Assembly (NCBI GenBank): GCA_963704435.1
Contig: OY969902.1
Coordinates: 540,001 to 572,000, forward strand
Source of the DNA: an uncultured archaeon
Lineage (GTDB): Archaea; Micrarchaeota; Micrarchaeia; Micrarchaeales; CABMGC01
Length of the DNA: 32,000 bases
Direction: 5' to 3'
Program-made: the position numbers and the translations under genes
Shown: positions 15,493-25,790 of the stretch, piece after piece
How the letters are laid out: each line of letters opens with the position of its first letter
Position numbering within the stretch: the first letter of the stretch is position 1
The notes under the pieces: model-generated
Told to the model about the DNA's origin: nothing
What the model saw: only the letters and a program-made list of their open reading frames with translations
Databases searched by the model: none

Positions 15493-18261
15493 ATGTCCTC
15501 CGACCCATATGAGATATTCCTGGGCAGGTATGGGAGCTTTACCGCAATACAGACCGCGGCGTTCAGCGCCATAGAAGGAGGCGAGAACTGCATAATCCTT
15601 GCGCCGACAGGAAGCGGTAAGACCGAGGCTGCGATACTCCCCATCTTCAAGAGAATAATGGAGGATCACGGCGGCGCTGGGATACGCGCGATATACGTCA
15701 CGCCGCTCAGGGCGCTGAACCGGGACCTGATGAAGCGGCTCGACGGCATGTCCAAGGAGCTTGGGATAAGCGTCGCCGTGAGGCACGGCGACACGACCGC
15801 AAGCGAGAGGCAGAAGCAGGCCGCCCACCCTCCCCAAGTGCTCATAACCACTCCGGAGACGCTGCAGAATCTCTTCCTCTCACAGAGGCTCAGGAATTCG
15901 CTTTCGAACGTGATTGCTGTGATCGTCGACGAGCTGCACGAGCTCTACTCGAACAAGAGGGGCGCGCAATTGGCGGTCGCGCTGGAGAGGCTGGGCGCGG
16001 TGGCGGGGGAGTACCAGCGTATAGGGATAAGCGCGACCATCGGGGACCCGGAAGAGGCCAAGAGGTTCCTTTTCGGGCACAGGAAAGGCAGGGCCATAGG
16101 CGCGGGCGCTGCGAAGGAGATACGCGTAGATGTGGAGATGCCGCTCATCCCCTCGACGGAGCGCAGGGAGTTCAGGGAGAAGTTCGACCTCGACCTTCCC
16201 ACGCTCGCCAGGCTGGAGAGGATCGCGGACATCGTCCGCCAGTCCGACTCCATACTAGTATTCGCCAACACCCGACAGGTTGTCGAGTCCCTGGGGAGCA
16301 AGCTGCTCTACCTGAACCGGATCAGCCCGTTCGGAAGCATAGGGATACATCACGGATCGCTCGACGTGAAAGAGCGCGTTGAGGTGGAGAACGCCTTCAA
16401 GGAGGGGAGGGTGAAAGGCATAATCGCCACGAGCTCGCTGGAGCTGGGCATAGACATCGGGAGCATCAACATGGTCCTGCAGTACGGCTCACCGAGGCAG
16501 GTTGCAAGGCTAGTCCAGAGGGTCGGCAGGGGAGGGCACAGGGAGCGCGAGACGTCGTACGGGAAGATAATCGTAGGCAACTACATCGACGCCTTGGAAT
16601 CACTCGCGATAATAGGCCAGATGGGCAGGGGCTCGATGGAGAAGCACGGAATGGAAGAGCTCGCGATGGACGTCCTGGCGAACCAGATATGCGGCATGGC
16701 GCTGGAGTACAAGAAAATAGGTGAGGATGCGCTTTACCGCATAATCCATGGCGCCGCTCCGTACAAGAACCTGGCGAAGAAAGATTTTGAAAAACTCCTC
16801 AGCTTCCTCGCGGAAGAGAGGCTCGTCAGGATAAAGGACGGCTACGTCGGGATAGGTTCACGCTGCAGGGAATACTTCTTCTCCAACATAAGCGTGATAC
16901 CCGACACCGTGCGCTTCTTCGTGCGGGACGCCGCAAGCAACAGGACAATTTCCTCGCTCGACGAGAAGTTCGTCTCGAACTACCTGGATGAGGGGACGGT
17001 GTTCATAACCAAGGGCCTCCCGTGGAGAGTAATCAGCATGGAGGAAGGATCTGTGTTCGTGGAGCCCAGTGCGGAGTTCGAGGCTGCCATACCTGACTGG
17101 GAAGGAGAGGACATACCCGTGTCACAGGATACGGCCCGCGGCGCGTTCGAGCTAATAGGCAGAGGGGTCGCGGGATATTACGGGGTGCTGGACGGCAGCC
17201 TGCGCAAGGAGCTGGAATCATTCATCTCCGCCCAGAGGAAGCGCTTCCTCCCCGCAGGCGGGGACATCGTCGTAGAGGAGCTTGACGACTACGCCATAAT
17301 CTACGCTGCGCTTGGCAAGCTAGCGAACGAGTTCGTCGCCAAGCTCATCGGCAACGTCGCTTCGCAGCTCTCGGGCTCTAGGCTGATGACAAAGGCGACG
17401 CCCTATGCGATAATAGTCGACTACAGCGGAGCCAGGAAGAAGCCAGACATAAAGCGCGTGCTCGACACTATCAAGAACTACTCCGCTGAAAGCGTGCTCG
17501 GGCGCGATGGCGCAATCATAAGCACGGAGCTCTTCAGGTACAAGTTCATACGGGTCTGCAAGCTTTTCGGGGTGGTATCGAAGAAGGCAGTGATTACGAA
17601 GCACGACGCAGACAGGCTCATCAGATTCTACAAGGATTCTCCCATATTCGATGAGGCCCTGAGGGACTTGAAGAAGAATAACATCGATGCAGAAACGGGC
17701 ATGCGGTTCCTGGGCGAAATCAGGAAAGGCGCGGTAGGAATAAGTGTGTTGGAGGGAAGCCTGTCACCGCTCGGCAATGAGATACTGAAGGCCTCGTACA
17801 GCTACAGGGAGCTATTGCTGCCAGCGCTGCCTGACGACGCCACAATCAAGGAGTTCGGGGACAAGATCGGCGCCAAGAGGATGGAGCTCCTCTGCACTTT
17901 CTGCAGTCTTGACTTCTTCAGAAACATTGACATCGAGTCCAAGGAGGGAGTCGCGTGCCCCCGCTGCTCAAGCCCGATGGTGTGCATTTATGGGGAAGAG
18001 AAGGCGACCGCCGTGGAGAAGAGGGCTTCCAACAAGGCGCTTGCAGAGAAGGAGAGGGGCACATATAGGGAGGCGCTAAAGGAAGCGAGCCTGGTGGAGG
18101 CTTATGGAAACAGGGCACTGGCGGCCCTCTCCACCTACGGGATAGGGCCGGCGACCGCGGCACGGGTGTTGCGGCTATTGCGCAAGGACAAGAGGCAGTT
18201 CCTGATAGACCTCCTGGAAGCGCAGAAGACCTTCATAAAGACAAAGAAATACTGGAAATAG
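15493..18261 (+). CDS. Lhr-like superfamily 2 helicase with Cys motif near the C-terminus
   Basis: 'LAPTGSGKTEAAILP', 'VDELHELYSNKRGAQL', 'QRVGRGGHRE', later 'CTFCSLDFF...CPRC'. Confidence 0.92.
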   Translation: MSSDPYEIFLGRYGSFTAIQTAAFSAIEGGENCIILAPTGSGKTEAAILPIFKRIMEDHGGAGIRAIYVTPLRALNRDLMKRLDGMSKELGISVAVRHGDTTASERQKQAAHPPQVLITTPETLQNLFLSQRLRNSLSNVIAVIVDELHELYSNKRGAQLAVALERLGAVAGEYQRIGISATIGDPEEAKRFLFGHRKGRAIGAGAAKEIRVDVEMPLIPSTERREFREKFDLDLPTLARLERIADIVRQSDSILVFANTRQVVESLGSKLLYLNRISPFGSIGIHHGSLDVKERVEVENAFKEGRVKGIIATSSLELGIDIGSINMVLQYGSPRQVARLVQRVGRGGHRERETSYGKIIVGNYIDALESLAIIGQMGRGSMEKHGMEELAMDVLANQICGMALEYKKIGEDALYRIIHGAAPYKNLAKKDFEKLLSFLAEERLVRIKDGYVGIGSRCREYFFSNISVIPDTVRFFVRDAASNRTISSLDEKFVSNYLDEGTVFITKGLPWRVISMEEGSVFVEPSAEFEAAIPDWEGEDIPVSQDTARGAFELIGRGVAGYYGVLDGSLRKELESFISAQRKRFLPAGGDIVVEELDDYAIIYAALGKLANEFVAKLIGNVASQLSGSRLMTKATPYAIIVDYSGARKKPDIKRVLDTIKNYSAESVLGRDGAIISTELFRYKFIRVCKLFGVVSKKAVITKHDADRLIRFYKDSPIFDEALRDLKKNNIDAETGMRFLGEIRKGAVGISVLEGSLSPLGNEILKASYSYRELLLPALPDDATIKEFGDKIGAKRMELLCTFCSLDFFRNIDIESKEGVACPRCSSPMVCIYGEEKATAVEKRASNKALAEKERGTYREALKEASLVEAYGNRALAALSTYGIGPATAARVLRLLRKDKRQFLIDLLEAQKTFIKTKKYWK

Positions 18262-18264
18262 CCT

Positions 18265-19557
18265 CTATTCGGTCTCACCGGTCTTGGGCGTCCTCGACCA
18301 AGAGCCGCGCTTGAAAAGCAGGCCTTTCACGCTGCTGAAGGCTATGAACGGGGTGAGCAACAGGCTCACGAATACAAATGGAATAAATCGGTAGAACTTT
18401 CCCATCTTTTTGTCCCTGTAGAGGCCTGCCAGAGCCGCAAAAACAAACACCAGCGACAGATATACGGGCGCGGCGTACATCAGAAAACTGCCTAGCGCGC
18501 CGAGGCCGAGTATCAGGCCGCTGTCGACGCCCAAGACAATCAGGATGCGGTTCGATATTAGAAACGCCAGGAAGCTCAGGGCATACGTAATCGTTCCGAG
18601 TATGCAGTTGAAGTAGCTGAATCCGTAGAAAGCGTAGTCGAACTTCTCCATCTTCGTAGGATTTTTGCTCGAGAGCATCCTCAACAGATGGTTCTTCGTG
18701 TCGCGCGTTATCCCCTCGGCCCAGCGCATCTGCTGGCGGACCACGCTCCTGAAAGTGCTGGGACATTCCGCTGGCACGCGGATGCTCTCGTCGAATACGA
18801 CCTTGTGCCCTGTTTCGGCCATCCTGCTGGCCAGTTCCCAGTCCTCGGTTATCGAGGATTCGTTGAATCCGCCGAGCTCGTCGAGCACGCGCAGTTTCAC
18901 CATGAATGCGCTGCCGCAGACCGGGAGGAACCCTTTGAGCCTCCGCCTCATCGGCAGATCCACAAGATAGTAATACGAGAAGGATGTACTGATGCTCATC
19001 GTGAATAGGTTCTTCGAAGAGTTCAATGACGGTTCCGGATATCCTTGAACGGCATCAACGCCCTTGTCCACAAAGCGATCCAAGAATTTCCAAATTATGT
19101 CGGGCTGAGGAATGTAGTCCGCATCAAAAATGAGCAGATATTCGCTGCGCTTGTCGCAATGCCGCAGGGCATTGTTCATCGCACCTGCCTTGAAGCCCTT
19201 ACGCGAGCCCCTGTGGATTATAGACACTCTTGGATCTTTGTTCCAGCGTTCCAGGCGTCCGATTGCCTTCGGGTCGGTGGAATCGTCAGCAACCAAAATC
19301 TCATAGTGGGGGTAGTCCAGCTTGGTCGCAGCCCCAAGCAGACGGTCTATCACTTTCTCTTCGTTGTACATGGGCAGCATTACCGTGACAAACGGAGGCC
19401 TTCCTCTCCATTTTCTCTTGAAGGTTGCTGCGCGCTCTGCCCTGCCGAAGGCTATGCTGAAAAAGGAATTGAAATAGACCCTGGTGATGCACAGGGTAAT
19501 GACGACTGTCGCGAACACCCATACGGCGGTCTCCACTACAAAAGCATCAAACAGCAT
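18265..19557 (-). CDS. Family 2 processive glycosyltransferase (membrane)
   Basis: 'VTVMLPMYNE', 'IFDADYIPQPD', 'ITEDWELASRM', 'QQMRWAEG', multiple TM segments. Confidence 0.9.
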   Translation of the reverse strand: MLFDAFVVETAVWVFATVVITLCITRVYFNSFFSIAFGRAERAATFKRKWRGRPPFVTVMLPMYNEEKVIDRLLGAATKLDYPHYEILVADDSTDPKAIGRLERWNKDPRVSIIHRGSRKGFKAGAMNNALRHCDKRSEYLLIFDADYIPQPDIIWKFLDRFVDKGVDAVQGYPEPSLNSSKNLFTMSISTSFSYYYLVDLPMRRRLKGFLPVCGSAFMVKLRVLDELGGFNESSITEDWELASRMAETGHKVVFDESIRVPAECPSTFRSVVRQQMRWAEGITRDTKNHLLRMLSSKNPTKMEKFDYAFYGFSYFNCILGTITYALSFLAFLISNRILIVLGVDSGLILGLGALGSFLMYAAPVYLSLVFVFAALAGLYRDKKMGKFYRFIPFVFVSLLLTPFIAFSSVKGLLFKRGSWSRTPKTGETE

Positions 19558-19622
19558 GATATCGGTTGAAATTTGGCTAATATAAGGTTTTTGAAGCCCG
19601 CTTAGGCAAACCGCGCTGCGTT

Positions 19623-22070
19623 TTAGCTGGATATGACGGAAGTCGCCGACGAATCAAGGTTCTGCGGCTGCTCCTCCAGCACCTTGGCGTCTATTACCTT
19701 CACGCCGGGCGCAAGCTTCATCAGCCGGACCCCGCTGGCGGCTCTGCCGGTTATCCTTATCGAAGAGATGGGAATCGTTATGCTCACTCCGGAAGAGTTC
19801 ATCAGAAGTAGCGTCTTCGACGTGCCGGTAACCAGAAGCGATTTCGCTACAGGTCCTGTCTTCTCGTTCACCTTGAGGTTTATCGTGCCTCCGCCGCCCC
19901 TGCTCTGCATGCGGTATTTCCCTATCTCGGTTATCTTCCCATAGCCCTTTTCAGATATGGTGAGGAGACTGTCCTGACCGCTCGCGCAGATTACGTTCCA
20001 TGCCACGTCGCCGCCGGCCAGCCTTATGCCGCGGACACCTGCAGCTGACCTCCCTACGGGCCTTACCGTGGCCTCCTTGAACTTTATGGCCTTGCCTTTT
20101 GCCGTGGTCACGACCGCGAATTCCTCATTCTTGTATACCGCTGCGGCAGCTATCGAGTCTCCCTGGTTGAGCGTTATGGCCCTCACGCCTGTAGACCTCG
20201 GCTTGGAGAACAGAGCTGCGTTCGTCTTCTTGACCAGGCCCTTGCTGGTAAGGAAAAGTATCTTTGAGTTGGCGAAGTCCTTTATGTTGAACATCGTGAC
20301 TACTTTCTCCTTCTCGAGGTTGAGCAGGTTGGCGACTGACCTTCCCTCAGAGTACCTGGAACCCTCGGGCACGTTATACGCCTTCAGCCAGTACATCCTT
20401 CCCTGGTCCGTGACGAGCAGCACGAAGTCCTTATTCCTTGCGATTATCATGCGCTTTACGAAGTCTCCCTCCTTGAGGTTCATAGCGATTATTCCCTTAC
20501 CGCCCCTCTCCTGCTCCTTGTAGCTGGCGACACCAAGCCTTTTTATGTAGCCCGAATTAGTGAGTATTATGGTCACCGAATCGTCGCTTATGAGGTCCTC
20601 GTCCTCTATGCCAGCGAATTCGTCGACGAACTGGATCTCCGTCCTTCGCGGCCTGGCGTACTTCTTTCTTATCTCGAGCGTCTCGGACTTCACTATGCCG
20701 TCGACCTTCGCCGGATCGGCGAGTATTCCGGAGTAGTGCTCTATCTTCCTATCGAGCTCCGCCTTCTCCTTGTTCAACGAATCGTTCTCCAGCCGCGTTA
20801 TCCTGCTGAGCTTCATGTCCAATATCGCATTGGCCTGCTTCTCCGTAAGGCCAAACCCGGACATCAGGCCTTTCCTTGCCTCGGAGATCTCGGCGCTCTC
20901 CTTTATCGTCTTGATTATCGCGTCGATGCTCTTGATCGCGATGAGCAATCCATCGACCAGGTGGAGACGGTCCTTAGCGACGTTGAGCTCGTACGTGCTC
21001 CTCCTTGTAATCACGTCTCTCCTGTGCGCTATGAATGCGGATAGCAGCTGGAGGACGTTCATGCTCTTGAGCGTCTTACCGTAAACTGCCAGGCAGTTTA
21101 TCGGGAACGTGACCTCCAGCTGAGTGTGCTTGAATAGTTGGTTCAGTACCTGCTGCGGATTCACACCGTCCTTCAGTTCGATTACGACGCTGGTGCCGTG
21201 CCTGTCGCTCTCGTCCCTTATGTCCCTTATCCCGATTATCTTCTTGTCACGCGCAAGGTGCGCGACATTCTCGACGAAGGATGCCTTGTTGACGTTGTAC
21301 GGCATTTCGGTTATGAGTATCCTGTTCTTCTTCTCGTCTACGCTCGTCTTCGCCTTTATGTGAAGCTGGCCCTTGCCGAACTTGTAGCCATTAATCGCGT
21401 TCCCAGACATGATTGCGATTCCGCCGGTCGGGAAGTCAGGCCCTTTGATTATGTTGAGAAGATCGTCAACAGTGGCATCCTTATGCTCGAGGAGATATGC
21501 TGTCGCGTCGCAGATTTCTCCGAGGTTGTGCGGTGGCACGCTCGTCGCGACACCGACGGCTATGCCTGCGGCCCCATTGACTAGCAGGTTAGGGAAAGCA
21601 GACGGGAGGAGCTCCGGCTCCTTCTCCGTGTTGTCGAAGTTGGGCATGAAATTTACTGTCTCCTTGTCAAGGTCATTGAGCAGCTCTTCCGCCATTTTCG
21701 TTAGTCTGACCTCCGTGTAACGCATGGCGGCGGGAGGATCCCCGTCGACTGATCCGAAGTTGCCTTGGCCCTCCACGAGCAGATGGTTCATCGCGAAGTC
21801 CTGCGCCATTCTGACCATCGTATCGTAGATTGCCGCGTCCCCGTGGGGGTGGAACTTGCCCATCACTTCTCCAACTATCTTCGCGCTCTTCTTGGTCGGC
21901 TGGCTGTGGACATTGTTGATGTTGTACATGCCGTAGAGTATCCTGCGCTGGACCGGCTTCAGCCCGTCCCTGACGTCGGGTATGGCCCTGCTGATGATTA
22001 CGCTCATCGCGTAGTCGATGTAGCTCGACTGCAGCTCCTCCTCCAGTTTTACTATGTTGACTTTCGACAC
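19623..22070 (-). CDS. gyrA: DNA gyrase subunit A
   Basis: '[27 protein letters not shown]', '[13 protein letters not shown]' (catalytic Tyr), GyrA-box-like 'QERGGKG'. Confidence 0.96.
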   Translation of the reverse strand: MSKVNIVKLEEELQSSYIDYAMSVIISRAIPDVRDGLKPVQRRILYGMYNINNVHSQPTKKSAKIVGEVMGKFHPHGDAAIYDTMVRMAQDFAMNHLLVEGQGNFGSVDGDPPAAMRYTEVRLTKMAEELLNDLDKETVNFMPNFDNTEKEPELLPSAFPNLLVNGAAGIAVGVATSVPPHNLGEICDATAYLLEHKDATVDDLLNIIKGPDFPTGGIAIMSGNAINGYKFGKGQLHIKAKTSVDEKKNRILITEMPYNVNKASFVENVAHLARDKKIIGIRDIRDESDRHGTSVVIELKDGVNPQQVLNQLFKHTQLEVTFPINCLAVYGKTLKSMNVLQLLSAFIAHRRDVITRRSTYELNVAKDRLHLVDGLLIAIKSIDAIIKTIKESAEISEARKGLMSGFGLTEKQANAILDMKLSRITRLENDSLNKEKAELDRKIEHYSGILADPAKVDGIVKSETLEIRKKYARPRRTEIQFVDEFAGIEDEDLISDDSVTIILTNSGYIKRLGVASYKEQERGGKGIIAMNLKEGDFVKRMIIARNKDFVLLVTDQGRMYWLKAYNVPEGSRYSEGRSVANLLNLEKEKVVTMFNIKDFANSKILFLTSKGLVKKTNAALFSKPRSTGVRAITLNQGDSIAAAAVYKNEEFAVVTTAKGKAIKFKEATVRPVGRSAAGVRGIRLAGGDVAWNVICASGQDSLLTISEKGYGKITEIGKYRMQSRGGGGTINLKVNEKTGPVAKSLLVTGTSKTLLLMNSSGVSITIPISSIRITGRAASGVRLMKLAPGVKVIDAKVLEEQPQNLDSSATSVISS

Positions 22071-22079
22071 TAGACCACG

Positions 22080-23993
22080 CTACACGTCCAGAAACTTCAC
22101 GTCGCCGGCATGCTCCTCCAGGAACTTCCTGCGCGGCGCGACGTCCATTCCCATCAATATCGTGAAAAGGTTGTTGGCTTTCTCCGCGTCGGATATCATT
22201 ATCTGCTTGAGAACCCTCTTCTCGGGTGACATGGTCGTCTCCCAAAGCTGTTCAGGGTTCATCTCTCCGAGACCCTTGTACCTCTGCACCTCGAGCTTCC
22301 CGCCAAACTTTGCCCTGATGGCCTCAAGCTCATCGTCACTATAGCAATAGGACACCTCCTTTCCTGCAGTCGCCTTGTATAGCGGGGGCTGCGCCGCGTA
22401 TACGTAGCCGAGCTCTATGAGGCGCTTCATATACCGGTAGAAGAACGTCAGCAGCAGCGTCCTGATGTGGCTTCCGTCGACGTCCGCGTCGCTCATTATG
22501 ATTATCTTGTGGTACCTTGCCTTCTCTGCGTTGAAGTTCTCCCGTATCCCGGTGCCTAGCGCAGTGATGAGCGTGTTAAGCTCGATGTTGTCGAAGATCT
22601 TCTCGTCGCTCGCCTTCTCGACGTTCAGTATCTTTCCCTTGAGCGGAAGTATCGCCTGGATGTTCTTGTCCCTTCCCTGCTTGCTGGACCCGCCTGCGCT
22701 TTCGCCCTCCACGATGAATATCTCCGCCTTCTCAGGGTCGTCCAGTATGCAGTCCGAGAGCTTCCCGGGCAGCACTGCGCTCTCGAATGCGCTCCTCTTC
22801 CGGGCCAGCTCCCTCGCCTTCCTTGCGCTCTCCCTGGCATTCATCGCGTTCATCGTCTTCTCCACGATGCGTCGCGCATCCGCAGGATGCTCCTCGAGGT
22901 ACCGAGACAGCGCAGAATAGACCGCGGTCTCGACAATGCTCTTCATTTCGGTATTTCCGAGCTTCTCCTTCGTCTGACCCTCGAACTCGGGATTCTGCAT
23001 CATCACCTCGAGGACTGTGGTCAGCCCCTCGCGGGTATCCTCACCAGTTATCTTCGGTCCGTTGGTGTTGTTCTTGCTGTTCTTTGAGATGTAATTGAGT
23101 ATTGCCCTTGTGAGCCCTGAACGGAAACCTACCACGTGAGTGCCGCCTCCGTTCGTCTTTATGTTGTTAACGAAGGACTCCATCCTTTCGTCGTAAGAAC
23201 CGGTATATTGTAGTGCGAAGTCGATTACCACGGCGCCTTCCTGCTTCCTTGTGTGCAGGATGTTCCCTATGGTCTGCTGGTCCCTGTTTATGTAGGCCAC
23301 GAAGTCCTCAATCCCTTTTTCCGAGAAGAACAGGGTTTCTTCATGGCTGTTGAACCTGTCGTCCACGAGCTTTATGCGGAGACCGGGAATGAGGAAGGTC
23401 GTGTACCTGATCCTCTCCTTCAGTGAAATCGAATCAAAAGCTGGAGAAGGAAATATCTCCGGGTCTGGCTTGAACTTCAGGGTCGTCCCCGCCCCTGCGC
23501 TATCGCCAACGACCTTGAGCTCGGACGTTGGAAGGCCCTTCGAGAAGGACTGGAAATACTCCTTGCCTCCCTTCCTGACCCTGACCTCTGAAAACTCGGA
23601 CAGCGCATTTACGACGGTGAGGCCCACCCCGTGGAGCCCGCCTGACACCTTGTAGACATCGTTCTCGAACTTCGCGCCCTTGTGGAGCGTCGTCATTATT
23701 ACCTCAAGCGCGCTCTTTCCGTACTTGGGCATGATGTCGATGGGTATTCCCCTACCGTTGTCGCTGACTTCCGCTATGTCCCCCGTCTCAGCCTGCGTGA
23801 GCCTGATCTCTACGTCTTTGGCGTATCCTGCGAGCGCCTCGTCTACAGAATTGTCCAGGACTTCGAATAGCAGGTGGAGCACACCCGCGCTGCCGGTGGA
23901 GCCTATGTACATGGCAGGCCTTTTCCTCACTCCCTGCGCGCCTTCCAGTACGATTATCTTTGATGCGTTATACTCGTCTGCCACTCCCACCAT
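22080..23993 (-). CDS. gyrB: DNA gyrase subunit B
   Basis: 'LEGAQGVRKRPAMYIGSTG', 'VEGESAGGSSKQGRD', 'IMSDADVDGSHIRTLLLTFFYR'. Confidence 0.96.
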   Translation of the reverse strand: MVGVADEYNASKIIVLEGAQGVRKRPAMYIGSTGSAGVLHLLFEVLDNSVDEALAGYAKDVEIRLTQAETGDIAEVSDNGRGIPIDIMPKYGKSALEVIMTTLHKGAKFENDVYKVSGGLHGVGLTVVNALSEFSEVRVRKGGKEYFQSFSKGLPTSELKVVGDSAGAGTTLKFKPDPEIFPSPAFDSISLKERIRYTTFLIPGLRIKLVDDRFNSHEETLFFSEKGIEDFVAYINRDQQTIGNILHTRKQEGAVVIDFALQYTGSYDERMESFVNNIKTNGGGTHVVGFRSGLTRAILNYISKNSKNNTNGPKITGEDTREGLTTVLEVMMQNPEFEGQTKEKLGNTEMKSIVETAVYSALSRYLEEHPADARRIVEKTMNAMNARESARKARELARKRSAFESAVLPGKLSDCILDDPEKAEIFIVEGESAGGSSKQGRDKNIQAILPLKGKILNVEKASDEKIFDNIELNTLITALGTGIRENFNAEKARYHKIIIMSDADVDGSHIRTLLLTFFYRYMKRLIELGYVYAAQPPLYKATAGKEVSYCYSDDELEAIRAKFGGKLEVQRYKGLGEMNPEQLWETTMSPEKRVLKQIMISDAEKANNLFTILMGMDVAPRRKFLEEHAGDVKFLDV

Positions 23994-24189
23994 AGAAATC
24001 TGGCCGCCTAATTTAGTATTATGTGCGATTCAATCCTTATAAACCTTTTGAGGCACTTTTACCGTCGAAAATCACGTCTGGGTAATGCGCGATCTTGCGG
24101 TTGGGCGGCAGTAGTGGCGACGGCGTTTTCCGGAGCGCGCGTGGTAGTCGGAATTATTATGTTTACGCTGCACATTTTGTTGCGATCTT

Positions 24190-25509
24190 ATGGGAAAAAC
24201 GGTCATAATAATCGGCGCCGCGGGAAGGGACTTCCATGTGTTCAACACACTCTTCAGGGACAGCGATGGGTATGATGTCGTCGCGTTCACCGCCGCGCAG
24301 ATACCTTTCATATCCGACAGAAGATACCCGAAGGAGCTGAGCGGAAAGCGCTACCCGAAAGGGATAGCTATCTATGACGAGTCGGAGCTGCCTCTCCTGA
24401 TCAAAAAGCTGCACGTTGATGAGTGCGTGCTGGCGTACAGCGACCTCAACTACGTCGATGTGATGCACAAGGCGAGCCTAGTGAATGCATGCGGCGCCGA
24501 TTTCTGGCTGATTGCGCCAGAAAGGACCATGCTGAATTCGAAAAAGCCGGTCATAGCCGTGTGTGGAGTAAGGACAGGGGTGGGCAAGAGCCCGACCAGC
24601 AGGTATGTCGCGAAGCTTCTCAGGAGCCTTGGCGCAAAGGCCATCATAATAAGGCACCCCATGCCCTACGGGGACCTGAAGAAGGAGGCCGTTGAGAGAT
24701 ACGCGACCATGAAGGACCTCGATAAGTACAAGGCCACGATAGAGGAGAGGGAGGAATACGAGCCCCACATAGGCAACAGGTTCGTCGTATACGCGGGAGT
24801 CGACTACAAGAGAATCCTTGACGCGGCGCAGAAGGAGGGGGATGTGGTGCTCTGGGACGGTGGGAACAACGACACGCCGTTCGTAAAGCCGGATCTTATG
24901 ATAACCATCGCGGACCCGCTGCGCGCCGGGAACGAACTTAACTATTATCCAGGGGAGACCGCTGCGAGGATGGCGGACATCCTAATAATAAACAAGGTGA
25001 ACTCTGCTTCGAAGGAGAACGTCAAGAGGGTGCGCGACGACCTGAAGAAGATAAATCCAAAGGCCAAGATAATCCTGACCGAATCCGTCGTCTCTGTCGA
25101 CAATGAGAGCATAATAAAGGGGAAGAGGGTACTGCTTGTCGAGGACGGCCCCACAATAACCCACGGCAACATGCAGTTCGGGGCGGCGACGGTCGCAGCC
25201 AAGAAGTTCGGCGCTGGGAAGATCGTGAGCGCGAGGAAGTATGCCGTGGGCACCGTGCGAGAGACTTTCGAAAAGTACAGCAGCCTGGACAGGGAGCTGC
25301 CGGCGATGGGTTACAGCGCAAAACAGATAAAGGACCTCGAGGCAACAATAAATAGGGCGGATTGCGACATCGTCATCTCGGCGACTCCAACCAACCTCAG
25401 GCATCTGATAAACGCAAACAAGCCCATGGTACAGGTCTCGTACGAGATACGCCCTTTGGGCGGGGGCCTGGACGAAGAGATTAAGAAGTTCGTCAAACAA
25501 AGACTATGA
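24190..25509 (+). CDS. Cyclic 2,3-diphosphoglycerate synthetase-like GTPase-fold protein
   Basis: 'AVCGVRTGVGKSPTSRYVAKLL', 'VLWDGGNNDTPFVKPDLMITIADP', 'KRVLLVEDGPTITHGNMQFGA'. Confidence 0.85.
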   Translation: MGKTVIIIGAAGRDFHVFNTLFRDSDGYDVVAFTAAQIPFISDRRYPKELSGKRYPKGIAIYDESELPLLIKKLHVDECVLAYSDLNYVDVMHKASLVNACGADFWLIAPERTMLNSKKPVIAVCGVRTGVGKSPTSRYVAKLLRSLGAKAIIIRHPMPYGDLKKEAVERYATMKDLDKYKATIEEREEYEPHIGNRFVVYAGVDYKRILDAAQKEGDVVLWDGGNNDTPFVKPDLMITIADPLRAGNELNYYPGETAARMADILIINKVNSASKENVKRVRDDLKKINPKAKIILTESVVSVDNESIIKGKRVLLVEDGPTITHGNMQFGAATVAAKKFGAGKIVSARKYAVGTVRETFEKYSSLDRELPAMGYSAKQIKDLEATINRADCDIVISATPTNLRHLINANKPMVQVSYEIRPLGGGLDEEIKKFVKQRL

Positions 25510-25520
25510 TGCCGCGCGAC

Positions 25521-25595
25521 GGGCCCGTAACTCAGCTTGGTCAGAGTGGCTGGCTCTTAACCAGCAAGCCGTGGGTTCAAATCCCACCGGGCCCG
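25521..25595 (+). tRNA. tRNA-Lys (CTT), no intron
   Basis: Acceptor gggcccg/cgggccc, anticodon loop ctcttaa, T-arm gtggg-ttcaaat-cccac. Confidence 0.94.
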
Positions 25596-25620
25596 CGCGG
25601 TTCAGTTCCTGAATAAACGG

Positions 25621-25652
25621 GGTTTGCTGACTTGTCTTGAGGTCAGTAAACC
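25621..25652 (+). other. Imperfect inverted repeat/hairpin (11 bp, one G-T pair, 10-nt loop)
   Basis: ggtttgctgac - ttgtcttgag - gtcagtaaacc, directly upstream of TATA-like 'gtttatatac'. Confidence 0.55.
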
Positions 25653-25790
25653 ATAGAATTGTTTATATACCACGAGGCGCATAAATAACTACAGCGACGC
25701 TGCGCATGAGGCTGCGCGGCAGGACAGGCTTTCTGGCAAAAAGCTTATCTAGCAGATTGTGTTTACAATATACGCTGCTTGGTGTGATGG

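Noticed and set aside
20736-24042. Numerous plus-strand and alternate-frame ORFs opposite gyrA/gyrB (for example 20736..21044, 22054..22344, 23350..23655)
   Set aside because: Shadow ORFs in GC-rich sequence antisense to clearly conserved coding regions.
8823-25595. Near-identical tRNA-Lys genes as boundaries of a 16.7-kb mobile island
   Set aside because: The two are isoacceptors with different anticodons (TTT/CTT); similarity is expected and there is no integrase or attachment-site duplication.
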